This document shows, piece by piece, positions 39,188-50,280 of a stretch of DNA of 64,000 nucleotides (its first letter is position 1; the number at the start of each line of letters is the position of its first letter). Below the pieces are notes generated by a model. It ran no database searches, was not told the origin of the DNA, and saw only the letters and a list, made by a program, of their open reading frames with translations. Origin of the DNA: an uncultured delta proteobacterium (GTDB lineage: Bacteria > Desulfobacterota > Desulfomonilia > Desulfomonilales > Desulfomonilaceae); NCBI GenBank assembly GCA_963789265.1, contig CAWBKB010000001.1, forward strand, positions 736,001 to 800,000. Reading direction: 5' to 3'. A program made the position numbers and the translations under genes.

Positions 39188-40928
39188 CTAAAGCAGCTTC
39201 CCCTGCTCTGGGCTTAGTTCTTTATATTTTCGTTCAGCCTTCTTGAATGTGGTCACTAACATACGCGGATACTTAATCTGTGCGCCGGCAAGCAACTCAG
39301 CGATAGTGACAATTTGGATCTTCGGAACGGTATGTTCCTTAACAAGGTGTTCGGGGGAGTAATACCCCGCCGCGAGAGCTTCTTTTTTCATAGGACCCGT
39401 AGCTAGTTCGAGCGTGACAAACACGCCAATGACAGCCTTTTCGCGATCTACAACGGCCTTCAAATCCCGTATTTGGCTTGCGTTCACGTGCCCGCTCTTG
39501 ACCTGAACAATGATCTTCTTGGCTTTTCCGCTTCCGTCGTCAAAGAAGTTGATATATCCATCAATGCCTGAATCCGCACCTTTCTTCTTGTCCTGAGCAG
39601 GACGCGCCCTCCACAAGACTGAGTGCCCACCACTCGAATTGATACCGGTCTTGAAGAGCAAGGGCCTTCGCACTAGACAAGTCTTTAGGAGAGCCCAGGA
39701 CCTCGTAGGGGGAAAGCTCAGTTGCGAACGTATCTTGAAGACGGTTCCTGATAAGCGCAATTGCGAGGTGGGTGATATCAATCCCGATCCAGCGTCTATG
39801 TAATCGCTCGGCAACATTGATCGTGGTTCCGCAACCACAGAAAGGATCGAGTACGATATCGCCTTCAATGCTAGAAGCTTTGATTATGCGTTCTAGGAGC
39901 GCCTCAGGTTTTTGTGTAGGGTAGCCGAGGCGCTCTTGGGAACCAGCAACAATAGGACCCAAGTCTGTCCATACGTCCTGAAGGGGCACACCAGGCATTT
40001 CGTCAAGAAATCGCTTGTACTCAGGCATTCCATCAAAAGTGTGCCGGAGGCGTCCGTCCAGGGCAAATTTCTTCATGTTCTCCTTTGAATACGCCCAATA
40101 TCGACCTTTATATGGACGGACAGCCGCATATTCCCAGCCCTCCTTAGGGTCTAGGTACTCATCCAGTAGGTCAGCAATCCACCGCTCGTGACTTCCTGCA
40201 TGCTTCTTGACTCGCCATCCATAATTGGTGTCGCCTCCGGGTCGCGCGGCAGTGAGATCACCGCGTCGAAACCTGCGTCCGGTCTCTTCGTCGATGAGGC
40301 GATAGTCTCGACCGACGTACGGTTCATTGTATTCTGTGAACTGGGGGTTCCAGATTGTTTCTTGTCCGCATGTGTAATAGAGCAAGACGTCATGGATGTG
40401 ACCGTAGTTCTTCAGTCCCTGCTTGGTATCGCTATGAGCACTGCTTCGCTTCCAGATTAACTCAGAGCGGAAAAGTTCCGGTCCGAACACCGAATCCATC
40501 AGAAGCTTGATATAGTGGCTCGTCGTCGGATCGCAGTGAAGATAAATGCTGCCAGTCGGTTTCAAGATGCGACGCAACTCCACAAGCCTCGCGGCCATCA
40601 TGACAAGGTAGGCCATCATGTCGTTTGTGCCAAGAAAGCCCCTTAATGCCTGGATTAAGTCAGAGAGCTTCTTTGAGGCGTTAATTACAAGTTCATGATA
40701 AGTTTAGTTAGATTCGTCTCCCCATTCCCATGTATCATCGAATGCTGCTATTTGGGCTTCAGAGTGCGATCCGTTTTTCTCTCCGAACAGCACGTTGTAG
40801 GTAGCTTTACTGTTGAACGGCGGATCGAGGTAGATCAGATCAACAGACTCATCGGCAACATACTCTTTGAGGATTTGTAGGTTATCTCCAAAGTAGAGCT
40901 TATTCTTCCAAGCCGTTTCGATGCTCAC
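39188..40928 (-). pseudogene. N6/N4 DNA methyltransferase with C-terminal Mrr-like domain; in-frame TAA at 40704-40706 and frameshift at about 39608
   Basis: [27 protein letters not shown]; tail D.GIDG...IVQVKSG. Confidence 0.85.
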
Positions 40929-41119
40929 GTAACCGCCTCACGAGCTTTCTTCTTACGTTTCCGTTCCTTTTTTTCTTCTCTTTCCCTCTTTTCCTGCTCC
41001 CATAGCGGCTTTGGGTCCGCCGACATTACGCACCTTATCAACTCTTCCAGGGTCATCCCCTCCGACGAGAGGCGTTTCAGTCTCTCAGACCTCTTTTTCC
41101 TTTCGGTTCTCTTCTCCAT
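40925..41119 (-). CDS. Small basic hypothetical protein (IS passenger)
   Basis: AGAAAGG RBS; overlaps MTase start; core MTLEELIRCVMSADP. Confidence 0.55.
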   Translation of the reverse strand: MEKRTERKKRSERLKRLSSEGMTLEELIRCVMSADPKPLWEQEKREREEKKERKRKKKAREAVT

Positions 41120-41156
41120 CCGGCCTTTCTCCTACCAGAAAGTCTCTCTCTTCTTC

Positions 41157-42079
41157 TCAGTTCAATACCGTTCCGGCTTCGCTTGGTTTGTAGGACAGCC
41201 TCTTGCCGACGATGCCTTGAATAGCCTCTATTGCTCGTTCGCCGTCATCAACCTTTCTCAGGTTCCACCTGAACGAGAATTCATCGCAATATCTGTGCAG
41301 ATGATTCTTGGAAACATGATGGAATATGCCGTGGATGCCTCTCTTCAGAAGAGCGAAGTAGGATTCAACGGAGTTTGTGAAAGCGTCATCCCTAACATAT
41401 TCTCCGTTTCCGTGATTGACAACTTCATGACCGCCCTTGAATTCAGGTACCGATGCCTCTATAAGCAGCCCATTCATCGGTCATGATACGAGAATCTCTA
41501 TGCACGTTTCTCTCTAATTGCACCTTTCAGGGTCTTCGCATTCACTCTTACAATCGGCTTAGACCGGACCCTTCCGTCTCTCTCTACTAGGGCAACTACA
41601 GGAACCTTTCGCTCAGAGCCCCGGCCCCGTTTTCCTTCTCGGGTCTTGCCGCCGACATAAGTTTCATCAACTTCGACTGTACCACAAAGGGGTGGACAAA
41701 GCGTTCCTTCGGTCATCGCGTACCTGATTCTGTGCGCTAGATGCCACGCGCTCTTGTATGAGCCTAAACCCAGGTTGCGTTGCAACTGCAATGCAGATAC
41801 ACCCTTCTTCGAGGAAGTCATAAGACAGAAAGCCATAAGCCAATGTCGGATAGGAATATGCGAGCCGTGCATAACTGTTCCGACCGTCACGGAGAATTCT
41901 TTGCGGCAACTTTCGCACTTGTAAACCCCGGCGCGCGCTGCTTTCACCTTCCAAGCCTCTTTTGATCTGCAGTGAGGGCATGTCACCCCCTCCGGCCAAA
42001 GAATAGCCTCGAAATATTCACGGGCTTGATCTTCTGTTAATTCGGTGGCTTGTGCGAATGTGAGGCTTATTGCTTGCAT
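41157..42079 (-). CDS. IS1595-family transposase, two apparent +1 frameshifts (about 41508 and 41447)
   Basis: WPEG..CPHC...YKC..CRK Zn ribbon, VEVDETYVGG, IMTDE, VNH..EYV, TNSVES..ALLKR, EF.FRWN. Confidence 0.93.
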
Positions 42080-42290
42080 TTTCCGTCCCCTTTCTGACTA
42101 TAATCTATCACAAGGGACAGGTCGTGTCAAGTGAATAATTCCGATTGATTTTTCTCCGGGACAAAATTTATATAGAATTTGAATATGGTCTTGCACCAGG
42201 CCAAGACCTGTCAAATTGCGACGATGAGTTACTCTATTTCCTAAACACAGTTACACGACATACCAGCGCGTGTGAGAGAAATGCTTTTGG

Positions 42291-42365
42291 TTGGGTGCCA
42301 CTGCGGGCTTGCCCAGCAGTGCCAGCTCGAAAAACACTGCTGGGCAAGCCCGCAGTGGCACCCAA
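42291..42365. repeat. GGGTGCCACTG-type REP doublet
   Basis: Perfect 31-bp inverted arms. Confidence 0.8.
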
Positions 42366-42453
42366 ATACGCGACCGTGGTTCCGTAACGCAGTACTAAGT
42401 ATTGTGAGGCGCGAAGGGGAGAGTGCAGCGGTCGTACGCAGGCGGTGGTTCCA

Positions 42454-42790
42454 TCAATCCGGGAGTTGCCGCGCATAAGAGCCGATCGACCGCGAGAATC
42501 GGGAAGACCAAAAGAAGGGGGCCAACGATGAAAACGGCCATCCACGGGCTGGTGGGCGACGGGGCCGATCCCCGTCCTGCGATGCCAAAAATAATGAGGA
42601 TCAGACCGTAAACCGCTAGAAGCTTTCCGCCGTAGGCGTTGATGTCGTACCAATTGCGGTCTGATTTGAATGCCTTCGGAACACGAACTCCATAAAATCG
42701 GTTCATCGGCACCATACGCAAAGCGAGGGGGACTGAGGTAGCAGTGATTACTGAACCGATTCCGCAGTGAACAACAACGGGAGGTATCAT
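42454..42790 (-). CDS. SdpI-family membrane protein (apparent frameshift at about 42488)
   Basis: VPMNRFYGVR..KAF.SD.NWY.IN.YGGK. Confidence 0.75.
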
Positions 42791-43130
42791 CGCATGCGCC
42801 GCCTATATCGTGACAAGTACGTCATCGGTTCCGGTTGCTCGACCCGAACCGCGCATCTGATTTTTGAGAATCAGGACCTAGAGGAATCCACTTTGGGATG
42901 GTGCAACCATTTCTATGCTGACATATACTCCACGGGCAAACTTGCGGTCAAGTTCGACGGCGGTGACGTTCACTTCAATTCGGGAGTAATTTGCTATAGA
43001 ATAAAAGTCTGTGATGTGACAGACCTAATTACGCCGCGCAAGCTCCGGACTTGACAGAGCGGAAGCGGCGGAAAGAAGCGTCGTGCACCCTTAATAGGAC
43101 TGCCGATATGTGTTGAAGGAATTTTGCATT

Positions 43131-44309
43131 ATGGCAATTGGATCCATTAAAGAATATGCCGATTCGGACGGCCTGTACGGCCCGGCGAGCACTCAGTTCG
43201 CTGAATTCGATGGGATCACCCTGGAGTCGGGGGCCTTCCTGGGGCCGCTCACAGTTGCCTACGAGACATACGGGACATTATCGCCCGAGCGTGACAACGC
43301 GGTGTTGATACTGCATGCACTTTCCGGTGATGCTCATGCTGCCGGAATCGACGCGAACGGCAGACTCGGGTGGTGGGATGCAATGATCGGCCCGGGAAAA
43401 GGGATCGATACGAACAGGTACTTTGTTATCTCATCCAATTGTCTTGGCGGCTGCAAAGGGACCACCGGCCCGTGCAGCATCAACCCCGCCACGAGGAAGC
43501 CTTATGGGCGCTCATTCCCGCTCATCACTATGGGAGATATGGTTAACGTCCAGGCATTACTAGTGCAACACTTGGGCATCGAGAAGCTCCACAACGTTGT
43601 CGGCGGGTCTATGGGGGGGATGCAGGCGCTGCAGTGGGCGGTCCACCATCCGGACCAGGTCCGCTCGGCGATTGTCATCGCCGCTACGGCAAGACTCTCT
43701 CCTCAAGGGATCGCGTTCAACTGGGTAGGCCGAAACGCCATTTACAGCGATCCCGCCCAAGTATGTCCGGATGCAGAAGCAGGACATGTGTACCAGAGGA
43801 TGGGCAGAGGCTTGGCCGTTGCGCGCATGATCGGCCACATCACGTATCTATCCGAAGAAACTATGGAGGCCAAGTTCGGGCGGAAACTCAAGCTCAAAGA
43901 TATAGACGGATATAGTTACAGCCTGGGAGAGAACGGTATGGAGGGCGGCGAGTTCGAAGTGGAATCTTACCTGGAGCATCAGGGGAGCAGCTTCATGCGC
44001 AGATTCGACGAGGATTCGTACATCATCATCACCAAGGCCATTGATTACTTCGACCTTGCAGCTCCGGACGGAGACCTGGTATCTGCATTCGAGAACATTT
44101 CGGGCAAGATGTTGATTCTCTCTTTCAACTCAGATTGGCTCTATCCCACTTCCATGTCATTGGCCATGGTTAGAGCGCTACAGGCTGCTAAAAAGCATGT
44201 GTCCTTTGTCGAACTGGATTTGCCCTACGGGCATGATTCCTTTCTCGTAAGTGCCGGCATGCCGAGTCTGACTCGAATCGCAAAGGGGTTTCTGAACGGT
44301 GCCCGCTGA
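43131..44309 (+). CDS. metX: Homoserine O-acetyltransferase
   Basis: AYETYG, HALSGD, GWWD.MIGPG, GGSMGGMQ, GHDSFL. Confidence 0.95.
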   Translation: MAIGSIKEYADSDGLYGPASTQFAEFDGITLESGAFLGPLTVAYETYGTLSPERDNAVLILHALSGDAHAAGIDANGRLGWWDAMIGPGKGIDTNRYFVISSNCLGGCKGTTGPCSINPATRKPYGRSFPLITMGDMVNVQALLVQHLGIEKLHNVVGGSMGGMQALQWAVHHPDQVRSAIVIAATARLSPQGIAFNWVGRNAIYSDPAQVCPDAEAGHVYQRMGRGLAVARMIGHITYLSEETMEAKFGRKLKLKDIDGYSYSLGENGMEGGEFEVESYLEHQGSSFMRRFDEDSYIIITKAIDYFDLAAPDGDLVSAFENISGKMLILSFNSDWLYPTSMSLAMVRALQAAKKHVSFVELDLPYGHDSFLVSAGMPSLTRIAKGFLNGAR

Positions 44310-44928
44310 TATCACTGAAATTCGCACGCCTTTCCATCAGTTTGAGGTCGGCTTCAATATAATCATCGATCTCATTACGCCGGGAACCCGCGTCCTAGAC
44401 CTTGGATGCGGCTCGGGGACCTTGCTTCAGCGCCTTAGAGACGAAAAGGATGTGGAAGGATGCGGTGTTGAACTGGACCAGGAAAGGGTTATTCGGTGCA
44501 TAGAAAGAGGAATCCGGGTAATGACACTGGACTTGGACGAGGGACTGGAGGGATTCCCGGATTTGAGCTACGAATACGTGGTCCTGAGTCGAACGCTTCA
44601 GCAGTTGATGAATCCGGAAAGGCTTATCAGAGAGATGCTGAGGGTCGGTTCCAAGTCAATAATCACATTTCCTAATTTCGGACATTGGAGAGTTATCCTT
44701 GAATATGTCCTGAAAGGGCGCACACCGGTCTGTGAGACTCATCCGCATCCGTGGTACAACACCCCTGACATTCATCGTCTCACCGTCAAGGATTTTAGGG
44801 CCTTTATCAAAGAGGTGGGCGCCAAGATAGAGAGAGAAATCCACATAATAGACAATATCTCCTACGAGGGCGCTTTCTGGGCCAACCGAAGAGCCGAATG
44901 GGGATGTTGTCTTATCTCAGCTTCTTAG
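44299..44928 (+). CDS. metW: Methionine biosynthesis protein MetW
   Basis: VLDLGCG.G, VVLS.TLQ, FPNFGHW, WYNTPDIH; follows metX. Confidence 0.92.
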   Translation: MPADITEIRTPFHQFEVGFNIIIDLITPGTRVLDLGCGSGTLLQRLRDEKDVEGCGVELDQERVIRCIERGIRVMTLDLDEGLEGFPDLSYEYVVLSRTLQQLMNPERLIREMLRVGSKSIITFPNFGHWRVILEYVLKGRTPVCETHPHPWYNTPDIHRLTVKDFRAFIKEVGAKIEREIHIIDNISYEGAFWANRRAEWGCCLISAS

Positions 44929-45439
44929 CCTGATTAAGGAAACCTGTTTGAAATGATGGCGGAGAAGCTCCTTTAAATTCCCACACATAACGGAATGATC
45001 ACCTTGTCTGCGTTTTTGGGCTTGCTCTAGGCACTCGCACAAATTATACTTCGTTCGATGGCCATCAACATTTTGATAGCTTAAAGACAGATTGTTTCGA
45101 TTCGGGGTTCGGCTGTGGGGTGCTGTGGGCGACGATGCCGTTTAACCCCTGTGCAGCCGGCTGAACGGAGAATCGTGCAACGGAGGCCTGATACGACTTC
45201 GCGTTCAAAGTTATGAGAAAATCTCCTCTTCCCCCTTTAGTAAAGGGGGAATGAGGGATCATGAATGGGAATTGGTATGCGGCGCCAAGTTCCTGCGCTG
45301 CCATCTGCGAAGTCAATGATAGGGATTTTCAAAGTGCGCCAAAATTGCGCCTGGGCCTATATTATCGCTCGCGGCCAAGCCTCGGTATCGAAAGGTGCTG
45401 CTCCTAAACCGAAATGCCGGCCCCGTAGGTTGGAAGTCG

Positions 45440-46179
45440 ATGCAGACCAAATACAAATTTGAGGATGAGGAATCCTCATTTTCTTTGGTAGAAGAGCCTC
45501 GTTTTTACAGACTCAGAGTGGAGAGGTCCGCGATCGAGGAGGAGCATGTAGAGGAGTTCCTTGATCGAACCGTCGAGTGGCTCAGCAAGAACCCTCTCAA
45601 AGGACTATTGATTGATTTCAAGAAGGTGAAGTCTGTCTGTGACGAATTCTCCCTTAACTGTACGCTCGTACTATGAAGACGTAAGAAACAAGGGGCTTAA
45701 AGTCCGCTTCGTCAATGTTGACCCCGACATCAAAGCCTTCATCAGCGATGCAAACATTTCCGTAGTTTCTTAAGGCAAACTCGGGCAAGATCGTGCTAAG
45801 CGCGCGGGTGCTGCTTGAAGACCTGTCCAGGAATCTGTCCGATGAAGAACTAATGAAAAAACATAAGCTTTCCGCCAAGGGGCTGACGAGTCTCTTCCGA
45901 AAGCTGTTACGCAAAGGATTGGTCACTCGTCAGGCTTTGGCCAAACGAATGGGCGTAGAGACATGTGAAATTAGTGTCCCTTTCGATGGAAAAGCGAGCA
46001 AGATCAGAGTCAGCACAGCGGATGTGCTTAAAGATCTTGGTGAGAATGCGTCTGAAAGCGACCTGATGCATAAATACAAGCTTTCTCCGAGAGGGCTTCG
46101 CAGCCTGCTTATGAAGTTGTACCGCAAAGGTCTTATTCCCAAGCCCAGTTTTTCCGAACGCAAATCTGTTCAGAAGTAG
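45440..46179 (+). CDS. Hypothetical protein: STAS-like N-terminus plus two D...SD.ELM.KYKLS..GL.SL..KL..KGL repeats; two apparent frameshifts (about 45655 and 45768)
   Basis: Frames join into one plausible protein; internal repeat visible. Confidence 0.6.
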
Positions 46180-46232
46180 TGTCTTCCTCTATTCTCTTGC
46201 GCACGGCCGGACCCCTTGCCCGTGACCAGGCA

Positions 46233-46959
46233 CTATCCTGTGACGGCAAACTTCTCGGTATTTCTCTTCGGAATTCCTGGAGCCAGGTTGATGCCGGCGG
46301 CGTCCCGATATCCTTGCTGAAAAGCGCCCGCGCTGATCACCCTTCTAGCTGCCCGTTCCATTCTGATGTTAGGGAAGGCCTCGGCCATGTAATTCCGGAT
46401 CGTATGTTCCTTGGCCAAAACCAGCGCTTTGCATCCGCGGTGTTCGGCAGCCCTTACCGTTTGGGTTTGCTCCTGGAACCGTTCTCCGATTCTTTTTACC
46501 GCACCATCCAGATAGGCGTACCTCAGAGAAGCAGTGCTCCAGAACCTGTTCTCACGCTTAAGCCTGGGGAGTGCCCTGTCAACGAGTCTGTTCAGCTCGC
46601 GGAAGAGAAATTGGAACGTGTACACGGCAATCTCAGTATCGGCCGCGGTTCCGATAAACGTCAGGACGGGGTCCGCGTAACACTGCCGACGGATGATGTG
46701 CTCACAGTCGAATCCGTAAGCAACGTGAATGAGCAACCCTTTAACCCAGTTTCTTACCACACCTCCGACTCCCACTGATGCCTCTTTGACGGCGATGGCA
46801 CTCTGCATGTCATCCGTTGGAAGCTCCGCTATGCTCAGGTTATCAGCGCGACAACAGCTCACGGGCCTTCGCAGCGGCCAGAGCAGCCTCATTTTCATTT
46901 GAAGAATTAGAAAGTTCGAAGAGCTTCCGAACTTTCAGAGCAACTTGTTCTCTGGTCAT
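46233..46959 (-). CDS. DUF2786-domain protein (apparent frameshift at about 46846)
   Basis: KVRKLFELS.SSNENEA.LAAAKA.ELL.R.NL; FIG...D.EIA.Y.F.FL; AF..GY.DA. Confidence 0.75.
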
Positions 46960-47144
46960 CAACCGGCTTTCTCCCTATCGGCTCAACAACGGACCTGGGT
47001 ACATCGAATGAGCCGTGCGTATATCAAATTGGTGGATTGAGTCAAGAAAATTTCGATAAGGAGTCGGTCTCCGTTGGTTCGCGTAATGACTTGACACTCG
47101 CCTAACAGTGTGGCAGGCTCGTTACAAGCCCTGTCGGAGGAACC

Positions 47145-47336
47145 ATGATCAAAAGATTTCTAGCAGTCGGGCTATGTCTGCTCGCTGTGGCTACCCCTGT
47201 AGTCTGCTTGGGGGGCTCCTCTGAGCTCACTGATTCTTCGGTACTGGGCGAAACTTGTACACGAGGAGAATTCATTAGCGGCGAGCGTGCTATATTTGCC
47301 CTACATGATCATCCTGGGTCCCGCTCGAATTATTGA
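47145..47336 (+). CDS. Small secreted hypothetical protein (3' end uncertain)
   Basis: GGAGG RBS, signal-peptide-like N-terminus, TTGACA upstream. Confidence 0.4.
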   Translation: MIKRFLAVGLCLLAVATPVVCLGGSSELTDSSVLGETCTRGEFISGERAIFALHDHPGSRSNY

Positions 47337-47688
47337 TGGCATAGTTAATCCCAAGCCCACCAGTCAGTGCACAATTCCGCCAGCGGCTCACAGGGCACAC
47401 TAAATCAACACGTACAGGTTCACAGCGGAAACCGCAGAGTCCGGAGAGAATTTCGTTTTCCCGGCATGACTGCGCGATGATGCACGGCGAATTCCGGTCG
47501 GTGAACCGCGAGACGCGGAGAGGGGAGTGCAGATCTGACTGCACGCGCGAGTGAATCGCACGCAATCGAATAAGCTATCATTTTTCTCTGGTGACTCTGC
47601 GGTGGATCACGATTTTCCGTATGAAAGGTTGCTTCACCGCGAACCAATAATGACTGTGGCTTGGAAACCCGACCCCGCGGGTCCGCGC

Positions 47689-47777
47689 AAAAAAAAGCCG
47701 GACTCGCATCAAGCCCGGCAGTTAGGAGGTAAAGGAGTGTTGAAGTTCTCGTTGTTAATTTAGTGCTTCAACATTCG
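47689..47777 (-). ncRNA. Candidate trans-acting sRNA with anti-SD seed
   Basis: TTGACA-N18-TAGGTT promoter, 5' hairpin, CUCCUUUACCUCCU linker, GC hairpin plus U8. Confidence 0.65.
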
Positions 47778-47873
47778 TGCATAACCTATCAAAAAATGAT
47801 GGTATTTGTCAACAAAAAAAGTCTAGAAGCGTGTCGTTTCAGTTTTCCGGGGGCATAGATCTGTTCAAGCCGG

Positions 47874-48037
47874 TGTCATTGCGAGGAATGTAAGGTGGGA
47901 CGGTCCCGCGCCTCGCGGGACAGCCTGCCTATCCGGGATGACGGGCAATCCCGCGTTCCGCGCGGGACGTCCCACTGGCAATCTGAGCGGAGTCTAAAGG
48001 AAGAGATTGCTTCGTCGCTTTGCTCCTCGCAGTGACA
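47874..48037. repeat. TGTCATTGCGAG-family element with nested GTGGGAC...GTCCCAC REP pair
   Basis: Left arm interrupted by about 80 bp of a second palindrome family. Confidence 0.65.
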
Positions 48038-48071
48038 ATTTCCCGCCCGTAATTACTAGGTTTGTAAGAAA

Positions 48072-48533
48072 CTATGAAGCCGGCCTTTTCGGTGAGAGCG
48101 CCTTGTCTAACGATCGATTCCCGAAGAGCCACCCGAGAGCCACCACGTTCAGACCAAGGCTGCCGAATTCGAGGACTCGAGTGAGACCCGAGTCGAGGAA
48201 GCCTTCCTGGCCGAGTCGAACGACGTGAAACAGCAATACAGGCGTGTCCACCATGAGAAAGATGATGGCCGGTATGACAACCCATTTCTTTTCGTTCCAC
48301 AAGGCCAATGCCATAATCAGAACAGGGATCATGGTGACGGCGAAATAGATTGTCTCAAACGTCACGGCACTGGAATAGGGCGGCGGTTCCAAGCCTGCCA
48401 TGTAGATGTAGCAGAGGTACAGGAAGGTCTTCAGGTAGAACCACAGGCCCGCAAACCAGAACGCCAGCGGAAAATCGGCATCAAATCTCCTCTGGGGGAA
48501 CCATTCAAAAGGCATCCATTGTCGATTTTTCAT
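48072..48533 (-). CDS. Hypothetical integral membrane protein
   Basis: About four hydrophobic helices; overlaps glyA stop. Confidence 0.75.
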   Translation of the reverse strand: MKNRQWMPFEWFPQRRFDADFPLAFWFAGLWFYLKTFLYLCYIYMAGLEPPPYSSAVTFETIYFAVTMIPVLIMALALWNEKKWVVIPAIIFLMVDTPVLLFHVVRLGQEGFLDSGLTRVLEFGSLGLNVVALGWLFGNRSLDKALSPKRPAS

Positions 48534-49789
48534 GATTCTTCCTGTTGTCCTCTCGAATATAAGGGGAACCGATCGCACAACTCGGTGACCTGAGCCTTGA
48601 CCCGAGCGATAATGTCCTCGTCTCCGGGGTTAGTCAATACCTGCGATATGAACGATCCGATCATCCTCATCTCATCAGGCCCCATGTTCCTTGTAGTTAC
48701 TGCCGGCGTGCCGATTCGAATCCCGGAAGCTTTGCTCGGAGGCCGCGAATCAAAGGGGATCGAGTTCTTATTGACGGTTATTCCGGCGCGTTCCAACACT
48801 TCCTGAGCTTCGGCTCCGTCTACAGCCTGGTGTGTCAGGTCAATGAGTATGAGATGGTTGTCCGTGCCGCCGGAGATCAGAGTGAAACCGTCTTCCAGAA
48901 GGCTTTCAGCCAGGCATCGAGCGTTGAGGACAATTTCCTTCTGGTAATCGCGAAACTCCTGCGTCGCGGCTTCGGCAAAGGACACGGCTTTTGCCGCAAT
49001 GACGTGCATCAGGGGGCCTCCCTGCATTCCGGGGAATATGCAGGAGTCTAAAGCCGTCGCGTAATGTTTGCGACACATCACCATCCCACCTCGGGGGCCT
49101 CTAAGGGTCTTGTGGGTGGTTGTCGTGACGAAGTCGGCGTGAGGGATGGGGGATGGATGCAACTCTGCCACAATGAGACCGGCAATATGGGCAATGTCAG
49201 CCATGAGCACCGCGCCTGTCTCCCGGGCAATGTCGGCAAAGGCGCTGTAGTCGATAATTCTCGGGTACGCGCTGGCTCCGGCGATGATCATCCGGGGCCG
49301 ATGTTTGCGTGCAAGATCCCGTACCTGGTCGTAATCGATCCTATGATCGTTGTGCCGCACGGAGTACGGAACCACGCGATAAATCTTGCCTGAAAAATTT
49401 TTCGGATGCCCCATGGACAAATGGCCTCCGTGGGCAAGATCCATCCCCAAATAGGTATCTCCCGGCTTCATGACCGAAAAATAAACCGCCATGTTGGCTT
49501 GAGTGCCGGAGTGGGGCTGAACGTTTACATGATCGCACCCGAAAAGCGCCGCAGCGCGATCCCGCGCCAGATTTTCCACCACATCAGCGTGAATGCAACC
49601 GCCGTAGTATCGTTTGCCAGGGTATCCTTCCGCGTACTTGTTTGTCAGGATGCTACCCTGTGCCTCCATCACTGCCGGAGAAGTGAAATTCTCGGAAGCG
49701 ATCAGTTCCAGGCGGTGCTCCTGTCGGCTCTTTTCATTGGCGATGATTCTGAATATTTCCGGGTCGGTGTGCTCGAGCGGGGTCATCAT
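48530..49789 (-). CDS. glyA: Serine hydroxymethyltransferase
   Basis: [34 protein letters not shown]. Confidence 0.97.
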   Translation of the reverse strand: MMTPLEHTDPEIFRIIANEKSRQEHRLELIASENFTSPAVMEAQGSILTNKYAEGYPGKRYYGGCIHADVVENLARDRAAALFGCDHVNVQPHSGTQANMAVYFSVMKPGDTYLGMDLAHGGHLSMGHPKNFSGKIYRVVPYSVRHNDHRIDYDQVRDLARKHRPRMIIAGASAYPRIIDYSAFADIARETGAVLMADIAHIAGLIVAELHPSPIPHADFVTTTTHKTLRGPRGGMVMCRKHYATALDSCIFPGMQGGPLMHVIAAKAVSFAEAATQEFRDYQKEIVLNARCLAESLLEDGFTLISGGTDNHLILIDLTHQAVDGAEAQEVLERAGITVNKNSIPFDSRPPSKASGIRIGTPAVTTRNMGPDEMRMIGSFISQVLTNPGDEDIIARVKAQVTELCDRFPLYSRGQQEES

Positions 49790-49845
49790 TTTCCTTCGTA
49801 CCGATATGTCAATAGACGATGATGATTCTGATGGTTGTCGGGGGG

Positions 49846-50280
49846 TCAAGGATTTTCAATCCGATCGATTCGCCTCTTATGCCTCCCGCCCTCGAATGAG
49901 GTTACAAGCCAGATCTTAACCATAGAGAGGGCTATTTCCGTTCCGGTAATCCTCCCTCCTATGACAAGCACATTGGCATCGTTGTGGGCTCGACTCATGC
50001 GTGCCTGATATTCGCTGGTGCACAGAGCCGCGCGAATCCCGCCAAACCGGTTGGCCGCCATGGACATACCCAAGCCGGTCCCGCATATAAGAATTCCGCG
50101 AGATGCCTCACCCTTTAGAATCCTTTCACAAAGCAATCTTGCATAGTCCGGATAGTTGCAAGAGATCTCTGTAATGCACCCTACATCCACGACCCTGAAA
50201 CCATCTCGCTCTATGTCCTCTTTCAAGAGGGTCTTCAGGGCGAATCCCGCATGATCGGAGCCTATGAGGATTGTTTCCAT
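49846..50280 (-). CDS. rpiB: Ribose 5-phosphate isomerase B
   Basis: GSDHAG, CGTGLG, HNDANV, FEGGRH. Confidence 0.95.
   Translation of the reverse strand: METILIGSDHAGFALKTLLKEDIERDGFRVVDVGCITEISCNYPDYARLLCERILKGEASRGILICGTGLGMSMAANRFGGIRAALCTSEYQARMSRAHNDANVLVIGGRITGTEIALSMVKIWLVTSFEGGRHKRRIDRIENP

Larger units (their letters stand above)
38428..42143 (-). mobile_element. IS1595-family element with passenger genes (3716 bp)
   Basis: Perfect 24-bp TIR CGGAATTATTCACTTGACACGACC (38428-38451, 42120-42143); 8-bp TSD ATTGATTT (38420-38427, 42144-42151). Confidence 0.95.

Noticed and set aside
41440..41515. Programmed frameshifting of the IS1595 transposase
   Set aside because: Two separate +1 breaks without a slippery heptamer; same pattern as errors elsewhere in the window
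42800..43130. SAM riboswitch or T-box upstream of metX
   Set aside because: No recognisable SAM-I core, T-box motif or terminator
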